Assembly: GCA_048013815.1 (NCBI GenBank)
Contig: CM106586.1
Location: 11,532,001 to 11,596,000 of the forward strand
Direction of reading: 5' to 3'
Length of the DNA: 64,000 nucleotides
Origin: Setoptus koraiensis
Taxonomy: Eukaryota; Animalia; Arthropoda
The first letter of the stretch is position 1. Each line of letters starts with the position of its first letter. Below, piece by piece: positions 1-12,729 of this stretch. The notes below the pieces were generated by a model. That model was not told where the DNA came from, searched no databases, and was given only the letters and a program-made list of their open reading frames with translations. The translations under genes and the position numbers were made by a program.

Positions 1-1
1 G

Positions 2-541
2 ATTCGATGTCTCGTAAAATATGTATCCACCCGAACTGTCGTTGCGGCTACTGTCCACGAGAGGGCCGCCTTGGTACAGGGCCAGCTTGCCGCTGCCGTG
101 ACTCCATGTTGGGCCCGACTTGCCGCCAATTCCCGGCTGCTTTGGCAATACCTTAAACGAGCACAAGTCCACCTGGTCAGAGGAGCCAAAGTCACATTTG
201 AAACTGGCCAGGGCCTCCTCTTGTTCGCCTCCGGACGAATTAGTATCGTCGCCCGGCGATGATGCCAACGATGCTGGCGGTGCTGCGGTCGATACCGCGC
301 TGTCTTGGCGTCGGAATCGCGACGACGAAAATGCAATTTCTTTTTCCTTTTGTGAGCTCCTGTTCGATGGCTCGACAACGGCCATTGGTGTTGACAAGCA
401 TGCTGACGAAAAAACTAATATCACTGATACTGCAAGCGATAATGTGGTAATCAGGCGCATTGAATGTTGCTTTCTCTTGTAATTGTCGACGTAGATCCTC
501 CTTTTGGCGCCATCATTCACCATTGTGTTTGTGGTCATCAT
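2..541 (-). CDS. Secreted MAM-domain protein, 5' part only (runs off left edge)
   Basis: Open minus frame from ATG 541/538 (or 460): hydrophobic signal (MRLITTLSLAVSVILVFSSACLS), RFRR furin-like site, then FKCDFGSSDQVDLCSF...WSHGSG...GGPLVD...SSGGYIFYETS, matching the MAM pattern (CDF..C.W..GP..D..G.Y). Missing from the ORF track because there is no stop inside the window. Confidence 0.75.
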   Translation of the reverse strand, partial: MMTTNTMVNDGAKRRIYVDNYKRKQHSMRLITTLSLAVSVILVFSSACLSTPMAVVEPSNRSSQKEKEIAFSSSRFRRQDSAVSTAAPPASLASSPGDDTNSSGGEQEEALASFKCDFGSSDQVDLCSFKVLPKQPGIGGKSGPTWSHGSGKLALYQGGPLVDSSRNDSSGGYIFYETSN

Positions 542-1354
542 GTCGCGCTATTATGTAACGTATTATAATTTCATTCATGTGCGAGTGAGTGTGTGTGTGT
601 GCCAGCCAGATATCATCAATTCATTGTTTGCTCTTGAGACTGATTGAGAATTAATATTTTCCAACAACTTGTAAGTCTAGTTTTTAGCACGTGCGCTTCT
701 CGAACAAATAATTGTCGATTAGCTTGCTGCTCTTATGTAATAATGCCAAAACGTATGATGATATTTTGTCTTGGTTAGTTTCGCCTGGTCTGTCTATTGA
801 GCATTAATGTGAAAGCTTGAAATATGCGACAAGTTTGTTGCCTGTTCAACTCTTTCAGCGCCGTCTCATCGTGTTACGCTTATGTAATAGTTGTTAGCCA
901 ATGTACTATTACTACGTACAATTTACTTGCGAAGGACATTAGCTCGTCCAAGTTATAATGGTACAGTTGTCGTTGCTGTTGTTTTTTCTACAATAACTTC
1001 CTGGTTCGGTGGTAACTTTCGCTACCACACTAATGGAGAGCTCAGCAGTTTCGCATCTAATCTATACCACTGACTATCAGGTGACCACATGAGCTTGACC
1101 TAAAGTTTCTTCTAATAAAAACCACAAATTACCACTGGACAATACCATGCCAAGCGCATGGAGATAACTCGTGCGTGACATGATACAGTCAGTCAGTTAG
1201 TTAGTCGGCAATTAGTACTTTTGTATAATTATAGTAGTTTAGTTTATTGTATAGTGCGTACTACTATTACTACACTACTTTTGTAGTGATAGTATCCCGC
1301 TGTTTTATTATTATCAGACCCGTTTCTCTAATACAATAGAGCGCAAAAAGTTTT

Positions 1355-4180
1355 TCAGTCTAGGTAGTATATCTCACTGAATGGAAACATCTCTAAGCAG
1401 TTATGTTTTTTTGCAAAATAATACACACAATCTGGATCCATTAGAAACATATAAAGTAAGCTCTCTTTGGCGGATTCTCTCAAACTTGAAGGCTGCTGCT
1501 CGTCTAGATACAGCATGACTACATCAACAACTTTCCACAATGTACTGTAGGCTAGATTAATATGGTAAACCAACAGACCAATCCGTTGCAGCAGTTCATG
1601 TTGACACTTGAAGGGCAATGAAAAAACGTAGGCCTCATTGGACAGGCTGTCTTGGTTCTTACTGTGCCTTAGCTGGGATTTGAGAAAGGCGCACACTTTG
1701 GGTATTACATCGTTTAAAGTTCTTGCTTTTATGAAATCCTTGCTGTATATTGATATTGCCACCATACATTGGTATGAGCATCTCGTCACTTCAAGATTCT
1801 TGTTAAAATCTCTGGTGAGTCCATTGATCAACGGTAACCAAACCGTATGCGCCAATGGCAACAGAATATTCTCCTCTTCTCTGAGTACTCTCATGGCCAA
1901 CGCAATAGTTCTCAGTGAGCATAATTTTATATCCACACAGCGAGAAGACAACAGATGTGCGAATCGTCTGACAATTTTGTCCACCAATTCAATGTGATAC
2001 GGTATTTGTTTCTCCTCCTTTTTATCCTCATTCGCTTCGGCATTTTCGTTGTTCCTATCATTTAGAAATTCTTCAGCATCCTTAAACATAGTGCTGCTGT
2101 TCGAAAATTCTGCTCTGTCGCGACACCGACTCGACTCCAATTCTATTGCTCGTCTGGTTTCTATGAGGTTTCTCTTTGTCTCTTCAATCTTGTTCAATCT
2201 TTTGGTTATGCTTATTTCCTCCCTGACTTTCGCTAGATGCTGTCCAATATTGTCCTTCGATATTTTCAGTATTTCAGTATCTTGTGGGAACCACTCGTCA
2301 ATAATTTTCACTATCCTGTGGAATAGTATAACTAGTGGAAGAGACGTGTCCGAATGATAGAATTCATCGAGCACTCTAAGGGCTCTGTCAAATATATCTT
2401 GAAAATAACAAAACATCTTGGGAGATGACAGTTTGAAGGCAATGGCAATCACATTCGGTATCTCAGTATTGTGAGCATAATTATCCAACTTTGATGACAC
2501 TGTATCTACGATATAATCCACATTGGACTCTATTAGACCTTGAATAGATTTCTCTGAATACACTTGAGCAATTTGCTCGAGTGTGGTCAAGGAAACATTA
2601 CTAATAGTAACGTTTGTGCAAGCGGCCATATTCAATAGAGTACAGAGGGCAATCCTCAAGACGTGATTCTTTTGGGATACTGACTTAGAGCTTGCCGCAT
2701 TCAATTGTGATAGAGGGAAGAAGCTTTCTGTTGCCAGAGTTATTTGATGTATGCAACGGCTATTCTCCTTAGGAGTGAGATGTCTATGATCGTGCATCCA
2801 ATTGGAATATCTAGAAGTTAAAAAATTCAATAAGGTAGTAAAGAGACCTCTAACCAGCCCAAGCGGTACAGGACTTTTTTGTAAGATGGCGCCAGTTAAC
2901 AAATTCATGATTATGAATAGGGCAGCCGGAGAAAAGTTGTAATAGTTTATCGTTGAGTTTATACAATCGAACAGTATGTGAGGGTCAGACTTTTCTCCCA
3001 ATTTGATGCAACAATCCTTGATTAGCCTCACTTGAAGTTCTTCATCGAGAAATCTGAAGTTTCTCTCCACTATATTTTGTTTTGGCACATCATCACTGTC
3101 TGTGATCAATTTAACTGGGTCGTTTGTTGAAGTTACATGTTGACTCGAATTTAACTGTGAGATTTCTATCAAACTCTCAAATAGCAATCCTCTGTTGCCT
3201 TCAATCATCAGAATTTGCGTCAGAGCTTCCGGGGACAGACAGGTAATATATCCACGGAGCAAACTCAATTGGATACGCTTCTCACTAAATAAAGATCCTC
3301 TACAAATGTTTGGTAGTTCTCCGAGAATCTCAATTAGGTTTTTTATCAGCAAACCATTAATTTCTTTTGTTCCCTCAGTATAACATATAATCCTGATCTT
3401 GTCCATAATAGCTGAGGCTAAGGAACTAGTTTCGGTGACATTATCTGCAATATTAGAGATCACATATTGAATGATGGGGTCAAGTAGTTTGGTGACAAGT
3501 TCGCTTCGAGATAAATCAATAATACACTCGCATAGATGGAGCACTTCAACTGCTAACTCTTGGTTGGAATTCATAGACATCATGTACTTGAATAGGTTTG
3601 AGATTCTGATGCCAAGATTTTCACAAGTTGTGGCCAATTCTTGACCATGCAAATGTACGATATACTCTGATGAATGGGCTTGCTTTTGAATTGAATTGGC
3701 GTGTTCGCATTCTGTAAATGCCACGCGCAACAATTTAGTCAGAGCTTGGATTGACGAGCGGGTAAGATTGATTGGAAGTTTGTCGTCGCTCATGATGAGT
3801 TTTATCAATGATGAGCAAACACCAGGAAGAAAGAACGAAACCAAACCGATTGTACATAATCCGTTTGATCTGTGGATGTTCCCGAGGAGATCTAGTAGTT
3901 CTTTTATGAGATCTATTGCATCCATCCTAACTTGTCTAGATTTGTCCGACTTGGCCAAATTACACAGAACCGAAAGAAGGTGGCCCAACTTTGGATGATT
4001 GTCAGGAATGTCTACAAAGCGGCTGATTTTGTCCTGTTTCTGGAAATAACATCTCAGACAGTCTATCGCTAGCAATTTTCCTTTGGTGTTCGAAGAGATA
4101 CTGTCCTGTTTGTTGGCTCTCCCGTTGAGCCCGTCGTCCAAATACACCACTGCCATGTCGATAACATTGTCCAAGTCCAT
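1355..4180 (-). CDS. TTI1: TELO2-interacting protein 1 homolog (TTT complex, HEAT repeats), intronless, 941 aa
   Basis: Long helical-repeat ORF with TTI1-like segments: VSFFLPGVCSSL, LIESNVDYIV, LLPLAHTVWLPL, KDFIKARTLNDVIPKV, FLMDPDCVYY. Confidence 0.85.
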   Translation of the reverse strand: MDLDNVIDMAVVYLDDGLNGRANKQDSISSNTKGKLLAIDCLRCYFQKQDKISRFVDIPDNHPKLGHLLSVLCNLAKSDKSRQVRMDAIDLIKELLDLLGNIHRSNGLCTIGLVSFFLPGVCSSLIKLIMSDDKLPINLTRSSIQALTKLLRVAFTECEHANSIQKQAHSSEYIVHLHGQELATTCENLGIRISNLFKYMMSMNSNQELAVEVLHLCECIIDLSRSELVTKLLDPIIQYVISNIADNVTETSSLASAIMDKIRIICYTEGTKEINGLLIKNLIEILGELPNICRGSLFSEKRIQLSLLRGYITCLSPEALTQILMIEGNRGLLFESLIEISQLNSSQHVTSTNDPVKLITDSDDVPKQNIVERNFRFLDEELQVRLIKDCCIKLGEKSDPHILFDCINSTINYYNFSPAALFIIMNLLTGAILQKSPVPLGLVRGLFTTLLNFLTSRYSNWMHDHRHLTPKENSRCIHQITLATESFFPLSQLNAASSKSVSQKNHVLRIALCTLLNMAACTNVTISNVSLTTLEQIAQVYSEKSIQGLIESNVDYIVDTVSSKLDNYAHNTEIPNVIAIAFKLSSPKMFCYFQDIFDRALRVLDEFYHSDTSLPLVILFHRIVKIIDEWFPQDTEILKISKDNIGQHLAKVREEISITKRLNKIEETKRNLIETRRAIELESSRCRDRAEFSNSSTMFKDAEEFLNDRNNENAEANEDKKEEKQIPYHIELVDKIVRRFAHLLSSRCVDIKLCSLRTIALAMRVLREEENILLPLAHTVWLPLINGLTRDFNKNLEVTRCSYQCMVAISIYSKDFIKARTLNDVIPKVCAFLKSQLRHSKNQDSLSNEAYVFSLPFKCQHELLQRIGLLVYHINLAYSTLWKVVDVVMLYLDEQQPSSLRESAKESLLYMFLMDPDCVYYFAKKHNCLEMFPFSEIYYLD

Positions 4181-4630
4181 TGTTGTTTGGCCGGGATTAC
4201 GTTCAGAATTTGTTCATTAGATTATATTTAGGTTATATTAAATAATCGATAGTTACACAATAATAATAACAACAATAGTATCAAGTGATACGGAGGCATT
4301 TTCTTGGTTCTGTATCAGCTAAAGAATATCCATCAGCAGCATGCCGCGTCTTTTGCGTTCTCGCTAACAGACACACCCCTGAGCAGCTGTTCGAATGTTT
4401 ACAACATTGCTTGTGAGTTCACTTCGCAAGATCTCTAGTCCAGTTGCGTTATTCTCTTATTTTATAATGTTAATTTTTTGTTGATTTGAATAATGAATTT
4501 TTTGAAAATGTTCAGGACAGCCAAGGTAAAGTAGTATTGATAGTTTTGTAGAGCTAGCCAGAATTCAAACAGTTCCAATATGATTCTAACATTTAACCAT
4601 CCTCTCCCATAACAGGTAGACAATAGCGGC
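4181..4630. promoter_or_regulatory. Probable bidirectional promoter and 5' UTRs of TTI1 and MsrA
   Basis: 450 bp between divergent start codons at 4180 (-) and 4631 (+). No motif identified; positional inference only. Confidence 0.35.
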
Positions 4631-5459
4631 ATGAATCTGTTCGTGCCAACTGTAGCGACCCAAAAGGCCACTTTCGCCTCAGTGAGTATCATATCTGGAC
4701 TTGCAACATTTGCAATTAAACAATTGATTGCTCATGCCCCTTTATTGTCTGTAACTATAGGGTTGCTTCTGGGGAGTTGAGTCTCTTTTCGGTTGCGCAA
4801 AAGGTGTAATTAGAGTGAGATGTGGATACACAGGGGGAACCAAGATCAATCCGACATACTATGAACTTGGTGATCACACAGAGGCAGTGGACGTTGACTT
4901 CGATCCGCAAGTCACCCAATATCAGGTACGGGTCTCGTGTTGGAAATTCGCTAACAATATGTGATCGCTAGACAATGACACAATCACAATCTAATCGAGC
5001 AACTCTCTCAACTCTCCTCTCTAGGAACTATTGCAAATCTTTTGGGCCAATCATGACCCGACAAACTATTTCAAGCGACAATACATGTCAGCCATTTATT
5101 ATCACAATGACGAACAGAAGAAACTGGCCGAGCAAACTTTGCAAGAGCAACAACAAACGAAATACGCCAATAGTAAAATCAAGACGGAAATTGTGCCTGC
5201 GTCCACATTCTACAATGCCGAAGATTATCATCAGAAGTATTATTTGCGCAATGTTACAGGATTGTTCGAATCGCTACAATTGACAACCGGACAACAAGTG
5301 ATCGAGTCTCACGTTGCGGCTCGACTGAATGGCTACATAGCCGGCTACGGCGACTACGATAGTTTCTTGAGCGAATTGCCCGGTTTGGGTTTGAGTAACA
5401 ACCAGGCAGAGGTGGCCAAGGGTCTCGTGAAGAATCCGCCCTTCAGGAAGTGTCACTGA
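4631..5459 (+). CDS. MsrA: Peptide methionine sulfoxide reductase A; exons 4631-4681, 4761-4925, 5025-5459
   Basis: Splicing at GT-AG sites gives KATFASGCFWGVESLFG (GCFWG active site), GYTGG, GDHTEAV, ELLQIFWANHDPT, QYMSAIYY, FYNAEDYHQKYYL. Confidence 0.92.
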
Positions 5460-6029
5460 TCTGTGTCAGTTTGTGCGAGCCCTATACCATGACAATTGAA
5501 GAGCGACAAGATTAAGTCGCTCATCATATCAGATTATACGAGATTATGTAGATATTACATATTGTATTGTTTGTATTATCAGAGTGAGCCCACGAGCAGT
5601 GGTTGCTCATCGCGATTGGCCACCAGTGCTGCAGAGCAAACGCTCGCTCGAAGCGAGATCAAGATTGTCACACCAGATCATGTTCTTTTATAAATCTTGT
5701 ATTAAAATCATTAATCATCATCGTCTGTTTCCACTGATTGGTCTAATGTGACGAGTTTTCTCGGATATTAATCAGGTCAACAGTGTCACTGGGAACGAAA
5801 AAATATCGCTCCGCAACACCAATGACGAGTGAGAGGTTTGAAGCGCGCGCCGAAAGTTTCGAGCCGCCCGCTAAAAAGATTCGCTCCTTTCGCTCTGCCC
5901 AAAAAGGGGGAGGGCAAAAAGAAGTTTACTGTTATGTAATATTCCCCTGTTCATTGGGACGTATCTATACTATAGATTCTATAGGCTATGTAGTTGTCAT
6001 TGCATGCTCGGCCCCATTGTCTGCTGTCA

Positions 6030-6030
6030 G

Positions 6031-6062
<32 letters not shown>
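6030..6062. repeat. (GTT)11 microsatellite
   Basis: Perfect GTT run. Confidence 0.9.
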
Positions 6063-7533
6063 ATATAACAGTTGAGCACTACACGCAACAAACACTGTCA
6101 GTTGTATAACATGTGGAGGGCAGGCAAGTTGTGAATGATAATTTTACATTTTTTACTACATAGCAATATAGTCAAGTGTCATTGGGTTTACAGGAGAGGC
6201 TGTGAGGTGTAACGTCGTCAATAGCAGAACAAGTTGGACAAGACACACAACAACGAGGTGAGAAGAAATGGTGGATACAGACGCATAATTAGAAAAGACA
6301 AATTTGACCAAGCGTGCATAATAGTAAAACAATAATAATCATGAGGCATTGTTTTAGTGCCGGCCGAAAGGAGAGCGAGTTCATCGAACGCTGGTTTGAA
6401 CGAGTTGACACTGCATGAGACACATGAACTATGTTGTTTCTAATTTTCACCTTAATCAATGCACAGCAATATAGTGTTATGTAAAACCATATCGTCTTAT
6501 TGTGACAGAGCAAACAATATTTGACATTAGCGGCAGCAGCAGCAGCAATAGCGGCAATACCTGACAGTAGTGCTCAGTTAGTCAAGTAATCAATTACCGT
6601 TAGTTGAAACGGAGAAACTGTAACAGTCGCTTGTTTGTCGCAACAGCAAAACTACTAGTAGCAATGAATAACAACCACCAGGCCATGACAAAAGTTTGAC
6701 GCTCAACATCGCCAGACAGCGGCAACAGAACAACTTTTTGTCGGCATCACTTCGCCAGGTGAATAGGCCAACGACAGCAGCATTGCGCCAATCATAGTTT
6801 GTGTGGAATTGAAATAAAACAGTGTTGTTACAAACGATATTGCGATTGCTGCACAATAAGCATTAGCTTGCGACAAATGTCAATGTCACAAATCTTCAGT
6901 TCAAGCAAAAATCCTCCACTTTTCAGTTCATCGAGCATCGGAGCAACTACTGTATCGACTGACGAACAATTCAAGTTTACATAACAAGCCGCTTAATTAT
7001 TATTAGAAAGAGAGACCTGCCCCCATCATGCACCAATTCTGACCATAATGATCCAGGCGACAGTTATGCAAGAGAGTCGGTCTCAACTAGTCACATTACC
7101 GCCACCGCCAGTTCAGTTGTCAGTTGTCGCTGACTGAGCAGCAGCAGAAGCATCACTAGATCCTATCATTGATGCAAACTCATATTTCCAAATCAATGTC
7201 TCGTCGGTTACTATCAAACTAATCGAGCAACAACGAATAGAAGAAAACAGCAAAAGTTTCGATACTAGCAAGATATGAATATGTGTCCAGCACCTCCAAG
7301 AGAAACCACGTCCCACAGCGCAAGATAATCCCAGTAATAGTTTGAATAAATGTCCAATATACGACCAATATGCGTGTCGTCATTAATGGTTGCGTCATGT
7401 ATTCATAAGAGATAATCCACAAGATCAGACAGTCAAAATAGCCACAGAGATAGAGCGAAGAATCCGTGTACACATGAACTTAAGAACGTTTATACTTACA
7501 ATTGAATTTGTGATTTAAAGCAACTTAAGCAAA

Positions 7534-10500
7534 ATGCATCTCAAAAGTTTTCTACTAGTCACAGTGTTTTCTTTTTATATTTATTATGCCACAGCAAGCA
7601 TTGGGGCAAATGCACAATCCTTGCTAAAATCAGGTTCGTACAACGATTATTTGTTTGTTTGTTATGTTGAATTATCTTTGGAATTGCTCGAACAACCAAT
7701 CAATTACAACGAAATGAATTTCTGCCACTCACTTTCATCGAACAGATCTAAACAGACTGGTTGTGTTCACTGTAGCAACCGATATCAGCAATCAAGGTTT
7801 TGTGAGATTCAACAAGTCTGTCACAGCTAACGATCTAGACCTTGTTGTTCTAGGTTCAGATCAAGTATGGCGCGGTGGAAATGTCCAACGAACTTCTGGC
7901 GGAGGCCAGAAAGTGAACCTTCTAAAAAGAGCACTGAATAGTTTCAAAAGTGAAACTGACTTGATTGTTTTATTTGTGGACAGGTAAATATAAACAGCAT
8001 GATCTACCTTGCATCAATGCTTACCTTTTGTGTTGTTTCTCATATAAATTGCATAACATTGGCATTGGTTTAAACTTGTTACGCGATGTGTATGGCAAAC
8101 AAACAAACATGTAAACACAACTTTTTAGACTTTATACCTGTAATGGTCTAACTGCAATTCACTTCTTCTTCTACGCCTTCAATGTGCTTTTATACTATCA
8201 CTACTACCGCTACTTTAGCTATGATGTGATAATCAATGGCAACTCTAATCAGATACTTTCGAAATTCAAGCTTTTCGACGCAAAAGTACTGTTCTCTGCC
8301 GAGTCCAATTGTTGGCCAGACGCTGGTTTACAGTCATCGTATCCAATGCCAGAAAATGGCGGCGAAAGATATTTGAATTCTGGTGGTTTTATCGGATATG
8401 TGTCTGAAATAATCGGTTTGCTAAGTATCAAGGAAATTCTCGACCATGACGACGATCAATTGTATTTTAGCAAATTATACGTTGATAACGATATAAGAAG
8501 CAAATTTCAAATGAAACTAGATCACAAATCTGAGCTTTTCCAAAATTTGAATGACGCTCAAAGTAAGTGCGAAGAATACCAATAGAATGACTTCCGGTTT
8601 CCTCTACAATCCTTAGCAACTCATTTGTGTATTTGCATGCATACTTATGGCTCATAACACTGATAACGTTAACAACAACAACAACAACAACATTTTCTTT
8701 GATCCTAATAATTGCTTCTGGCGACAAAAGGTGATGTGCAATTGCAATTCTTCACTGATGATGTAAAATTACTAAACACTGCCTATCTCACCGAGCCATT
8801 AATAGTGCACGGTAATGGTCCAAGCAAGGTAAGTTGAAATGATTAATCTGGCTTAAAAATTTGGAATGTTAAAAGGAAGATGTGTATCAATAGATGCTGG
8901 CCTAACAAGTGATTGTGGTCGGATGGCACCTTTTTCTAATGAAATAATTGTTACATAATTTTGGGTGGTTGTGCTCAAACTTTTATGCACACTAACTCAG
9001 TTAGCCGGCAAACTATCTCATATATTTGCAATTCAACCCGGTTAACAATTCTATTATTATTATTATCAATATTATTATTATTGCCCTCATTGATGTCGGC
9101 CCTTATTTTATAAAATGACAACAATAACAACGAAAACGAAAAATAAAAAATCACGACGAAAACACAACGCAGAACACTCTCAACTCGCTCGGTAATTACC
9201 TAGGTAAGGCATGGTCGCCTAAAACAGGTTGTACTCGATGCAATGAAAGTATGATTTCTCTCAGCCAGCTCAAAGTAAGTATTGATGCAATAGCAGCAGC
9301 AACAACAACAGCAAAAACTTATCGCGCACTTCCTATTATAATACTGGCTTTGATTAAAATGACCGTAATCGAGAGAGAGAGAGAGAGAGGTAGCTTGTTT
9401 TTGTTCATATCTTCCGGACATGCTTATTTCTTGATAAAAATCATTAAAATTGAATCATGTCATGAATGAAAATCAGTGTAAAAAGTAGTTTCGCCAGGTT
9501 GCTTTTTATCCTGGCCAGCCATTCCCATCCTCATCCATGTGTAACTTTAATAAGAGTGTGTGGTAGCTCGGTAAAGAGTGAGAAAAAATGTTGTCGCTTA
9601 AATTACTTTCAGTCGACCTGTTTGATGTTATCAAACTAGCAACAATTTATCACACATTCTAAACTCGTAATTTGTGTGTCCAATTACATCCACCACAACA
9701 AAAACAACTTCTTTTAGGACTCTGAGAAGCCTTTGGTGTTATTAGCCCTATTCGTTGATCATCCCACACCGTTCATCAAAGATTTTTTCACTACTGTAGA
9801 GAATCTAAATTATCCGAAGAAAAGGATACATCTTTTGACATACAATTCCGTGGATTATCATACCAAAGACCTGGCAAATTTTGTGCGCTTGAATGGTGAC
9901 AAGTATCTATCAGTGAGAAGTATTGCTCACAATGTTGGTGCACAACAAACAACCGACTGGCAAGCCAGAACAATTGGTCTGGAGGAATGTAGAAAGGTCA
10001 ACTGTGATTACTATTTCAGCTTGGATTCTCTTGCTAGAATTGAAAATGTCGACACTCTCACTAAACTCATCGAGTCTAACAGGTGAGTGATCTGGCTCAC
10101 TATCGAAACTATCTATTATACAATGATTATATGATATATGATAGCATATGCAAATTGATATTGACTTATTGGCCTTTTGTTTGTCTCGTTTTTGCTGTTC
10201 GCAGGACGATCATAGCTCCCATGTTGGTGAGACCGCGCAAGTTGTGGTCCAATTTCTGGGGTGCTCTTACTGACGATGGCTTCTATGCTAGATCACACGA
10301 TTATGTTGATTTAATCAAAGGCGAAAGAAGGGGCCTGTGGAACGTGCCTCATGTGATGAATGCCTATCTCATTAATGGCAAAATTCTCCAGGCCGATTTG
10401 GAGCAATTTAATGCGGCAACACAGTCCACTTCATCATATCCGGAACCAAAAACAACTCAAGGCAGTAAGTTGTCCCAGATGGACGAATCAACAACAAGGC

Positions 10501-11297
10501 CAAAATTTAGTTTTCGTTCAAGCAAGTATCCCGATTTAGAGCCAGTGGTAACGTTCTCTCGCAATTTGCGTGAGGCTGGCATTTTTCAATTTGTCAACAA
10601 CATGCACGATTTTGGTCACCTTGTTGATCCGACAAGCTACAACATCAACCACACACATCCGGATTTCTATCAGTTGGCCAACAATGTTGTTGAATGGGAA
10701 AGACACTATCTGCACAAGAACTATACCAATGTTATCGATGACGACTACGACATGAACGAACCGTGTCCCGATGTCTATTGGTTTCCGTTAGTGAGCGACA
10801 AATACTGCGAACAAATGATTGATATAATGGAAAATTTCGGTCAATGGTCCGAGGGTAAAAATGAGGACCCAAGAATTGAGGGCGGCTACGAGAGTGTGCC
10901 CACCAGGGATATACACATGAGACAGGTTGATCTGCATGAACAATGGATTCTGTTTCTCAGAGAATATATTCAGCCCATTCAGCTTAAATTGTTCACCGGA
11001 TATGAACATGATCCACCCAGGGCCGAGCTGGCGTTTGTAGTGAGATACCATCCGACGGAGCAGCCATCGTTGAGGCCACATCATGATGCCTCCACTTATA
11101 CGCTCAATCTCGCTCTTAATACGCCACATACCGATTACGAGGGTGGCGGATGTCGGTTCTTGAGATACAATTGTAGCGTCATTGAATCAAGACGAGGCTG
11201 GACATTGATACATCCCGGAAGACTAACACATTATCACGAAGGTCTGCCCGTAACTAAGGGCACAAGATACATACAAGTGACATTCGTTGATCCGTGA
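7534..11297 (+). CDS. PLOD: Procollagen lysyl hydroxylase/glycosyltransferase; exons 7534-7633, 7746-7983, 8219-8562, 8731-8828, 9173-9274, 9718-10082, 10205-11297
   Basis: Signal peptide; GT domain TVAT, GGGQKV, FVDSYDV, DDDQL, VHGNGPSK; dioxygenase PHHDAS and THYHEGL, C-terminal FVDP. All six introns are GT-AG with matching phases. Confidence 0.94.
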
Positions 11298-12729
11298 TTT
11301 AATCATGACGAAACACGATACTGCAATCTATTAAGCATTTCTCCTACTCACCTACTACTTTTTTTCATGCAACTCCGTGTGTGTGTGAGCATTAAGGATC
11401 AACTCGATCATAAGCTCATCAGTTATCACCTTTGGTTAGTAGATTTTAATCGTCTAACTTGTTGCTCTACAATAACAAAAAAAAAATGTATTTTTGAAGC
11501 ACATGTATTTTTCCAGAAAATTCCAGTAGCAATTTATTTATAAAAGCTCAAAATTGAGCCTCGTTGAATTGAGTGCTGTTTGTGCCCCAAGAGTCTAAAC
11601 TAAACTAAAATTTAGCAGCCTTCATACGGCATTAGACTTGGTCTTTGACATGTGTTGGCTATGCGGGCTTTCTCAAAGGAAGAAAGTCAAACTTCTTTTA
11701 CCCTCTAAATGGTCTCCAAATTCACCCGATAATGCTTTCCTTACCTTAGCGATTACCTAGCGAAAAGAGCGTTGCGTTGTAGACCAAAGGCTCTGAAAGG
11801 TCTCAAAAAGTCATAAGAGAAGATGTTGATTTGAAGCATCAAACTGCTATGAATAATCCTTTGAAAACCCGGCTCACCCGTTGACGGCTTATATATTGTA
11901 ATGAAGGTGGCCATATACAGGGTCTCCTACGCCGAAATGTAAAGGTTATTTTTGAAGTTTCAAAATTCAAAAAATGCCCAGTTAATCGATCGAAGACAAT
12001 ATCTTTATCGTAAAAAGCTCTTATGGAAGCTCAAAAGATATCTGATTAAAGAAAATGGTTGACTATATTCAGAAATACTGCAAAAGCAGATCACCGAACC
12101 TGTAGATAATCACAAGTTTTAATATCGATTTTCTGTTGAATAAAGGTTGTTCAAAAAGTGTGGGCTACACTGTGAGGCATAACTTTTCCCCACCTTGGTA
12201 GGCTCTGGATGCAATCATAGGCCGGCCGTCCACTTGATAGTCTCTAAACCAACCGATTTCATCTAATTCGATGCCTCCTCAGACACACGGATCGAACGAT
12301 CGATCCAGTACTGGCTTGACATTGGTACGTAAGAATTTCTTTGTCTTTGGATTTAGACAGCTGATGGAGTCGGTGACACAGAGAATATGGTCATGGATTT
12401 CCGATAGATCTTTTCTTGCCCAGTTTGATTTGGAGAGTCGATTACGGCTAGAGCTCGATCTACTCGAAAAACCCACGAGTCTGATTCATCCCGACTTTTC
12501 TCACTAGTGAATATCCTCGACTGTGCAGTGATGATGGAATTATCTGTATAATTTAAGTCTACGAATGCTCATTATCGGTCATCACTGTCAAATCGAAGAA
12601 TTGCTGGTTGCCACATTTCGACCAAAGCCAGCCTATACGTATGAGACAGTCTTCTTTAAGTCAAGGTTTCAATTCTATACAAATACCAGAAAAAAAAGAT
12701 GGGGCTAGCTTACTTCGAATTTGGACTAG

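Noticed and set aside
71-482. Plus-strand ORFs 71-262, 120-482 and 259-450
   Set aside because: They are shadows of the minus-strand MAM-domain frame.
5496-7473. Several 60-108-aa ORFs between MsrA and PLOD
   Set aside because: They are microsatellite-driven (poly-Cys from GTT), have no recognisable motif and form no consistent exon chain.
10083-10204. N-terminal extension of the 404-aa PLOD ORF
   Set aside because: It is the open intron between gtgagt (10083) and gcag (10204).
11560-12180. AT-rich stretch that looks like a repeat relic
   Set aside because: No TIR, TSD or second copy could be found in the window.
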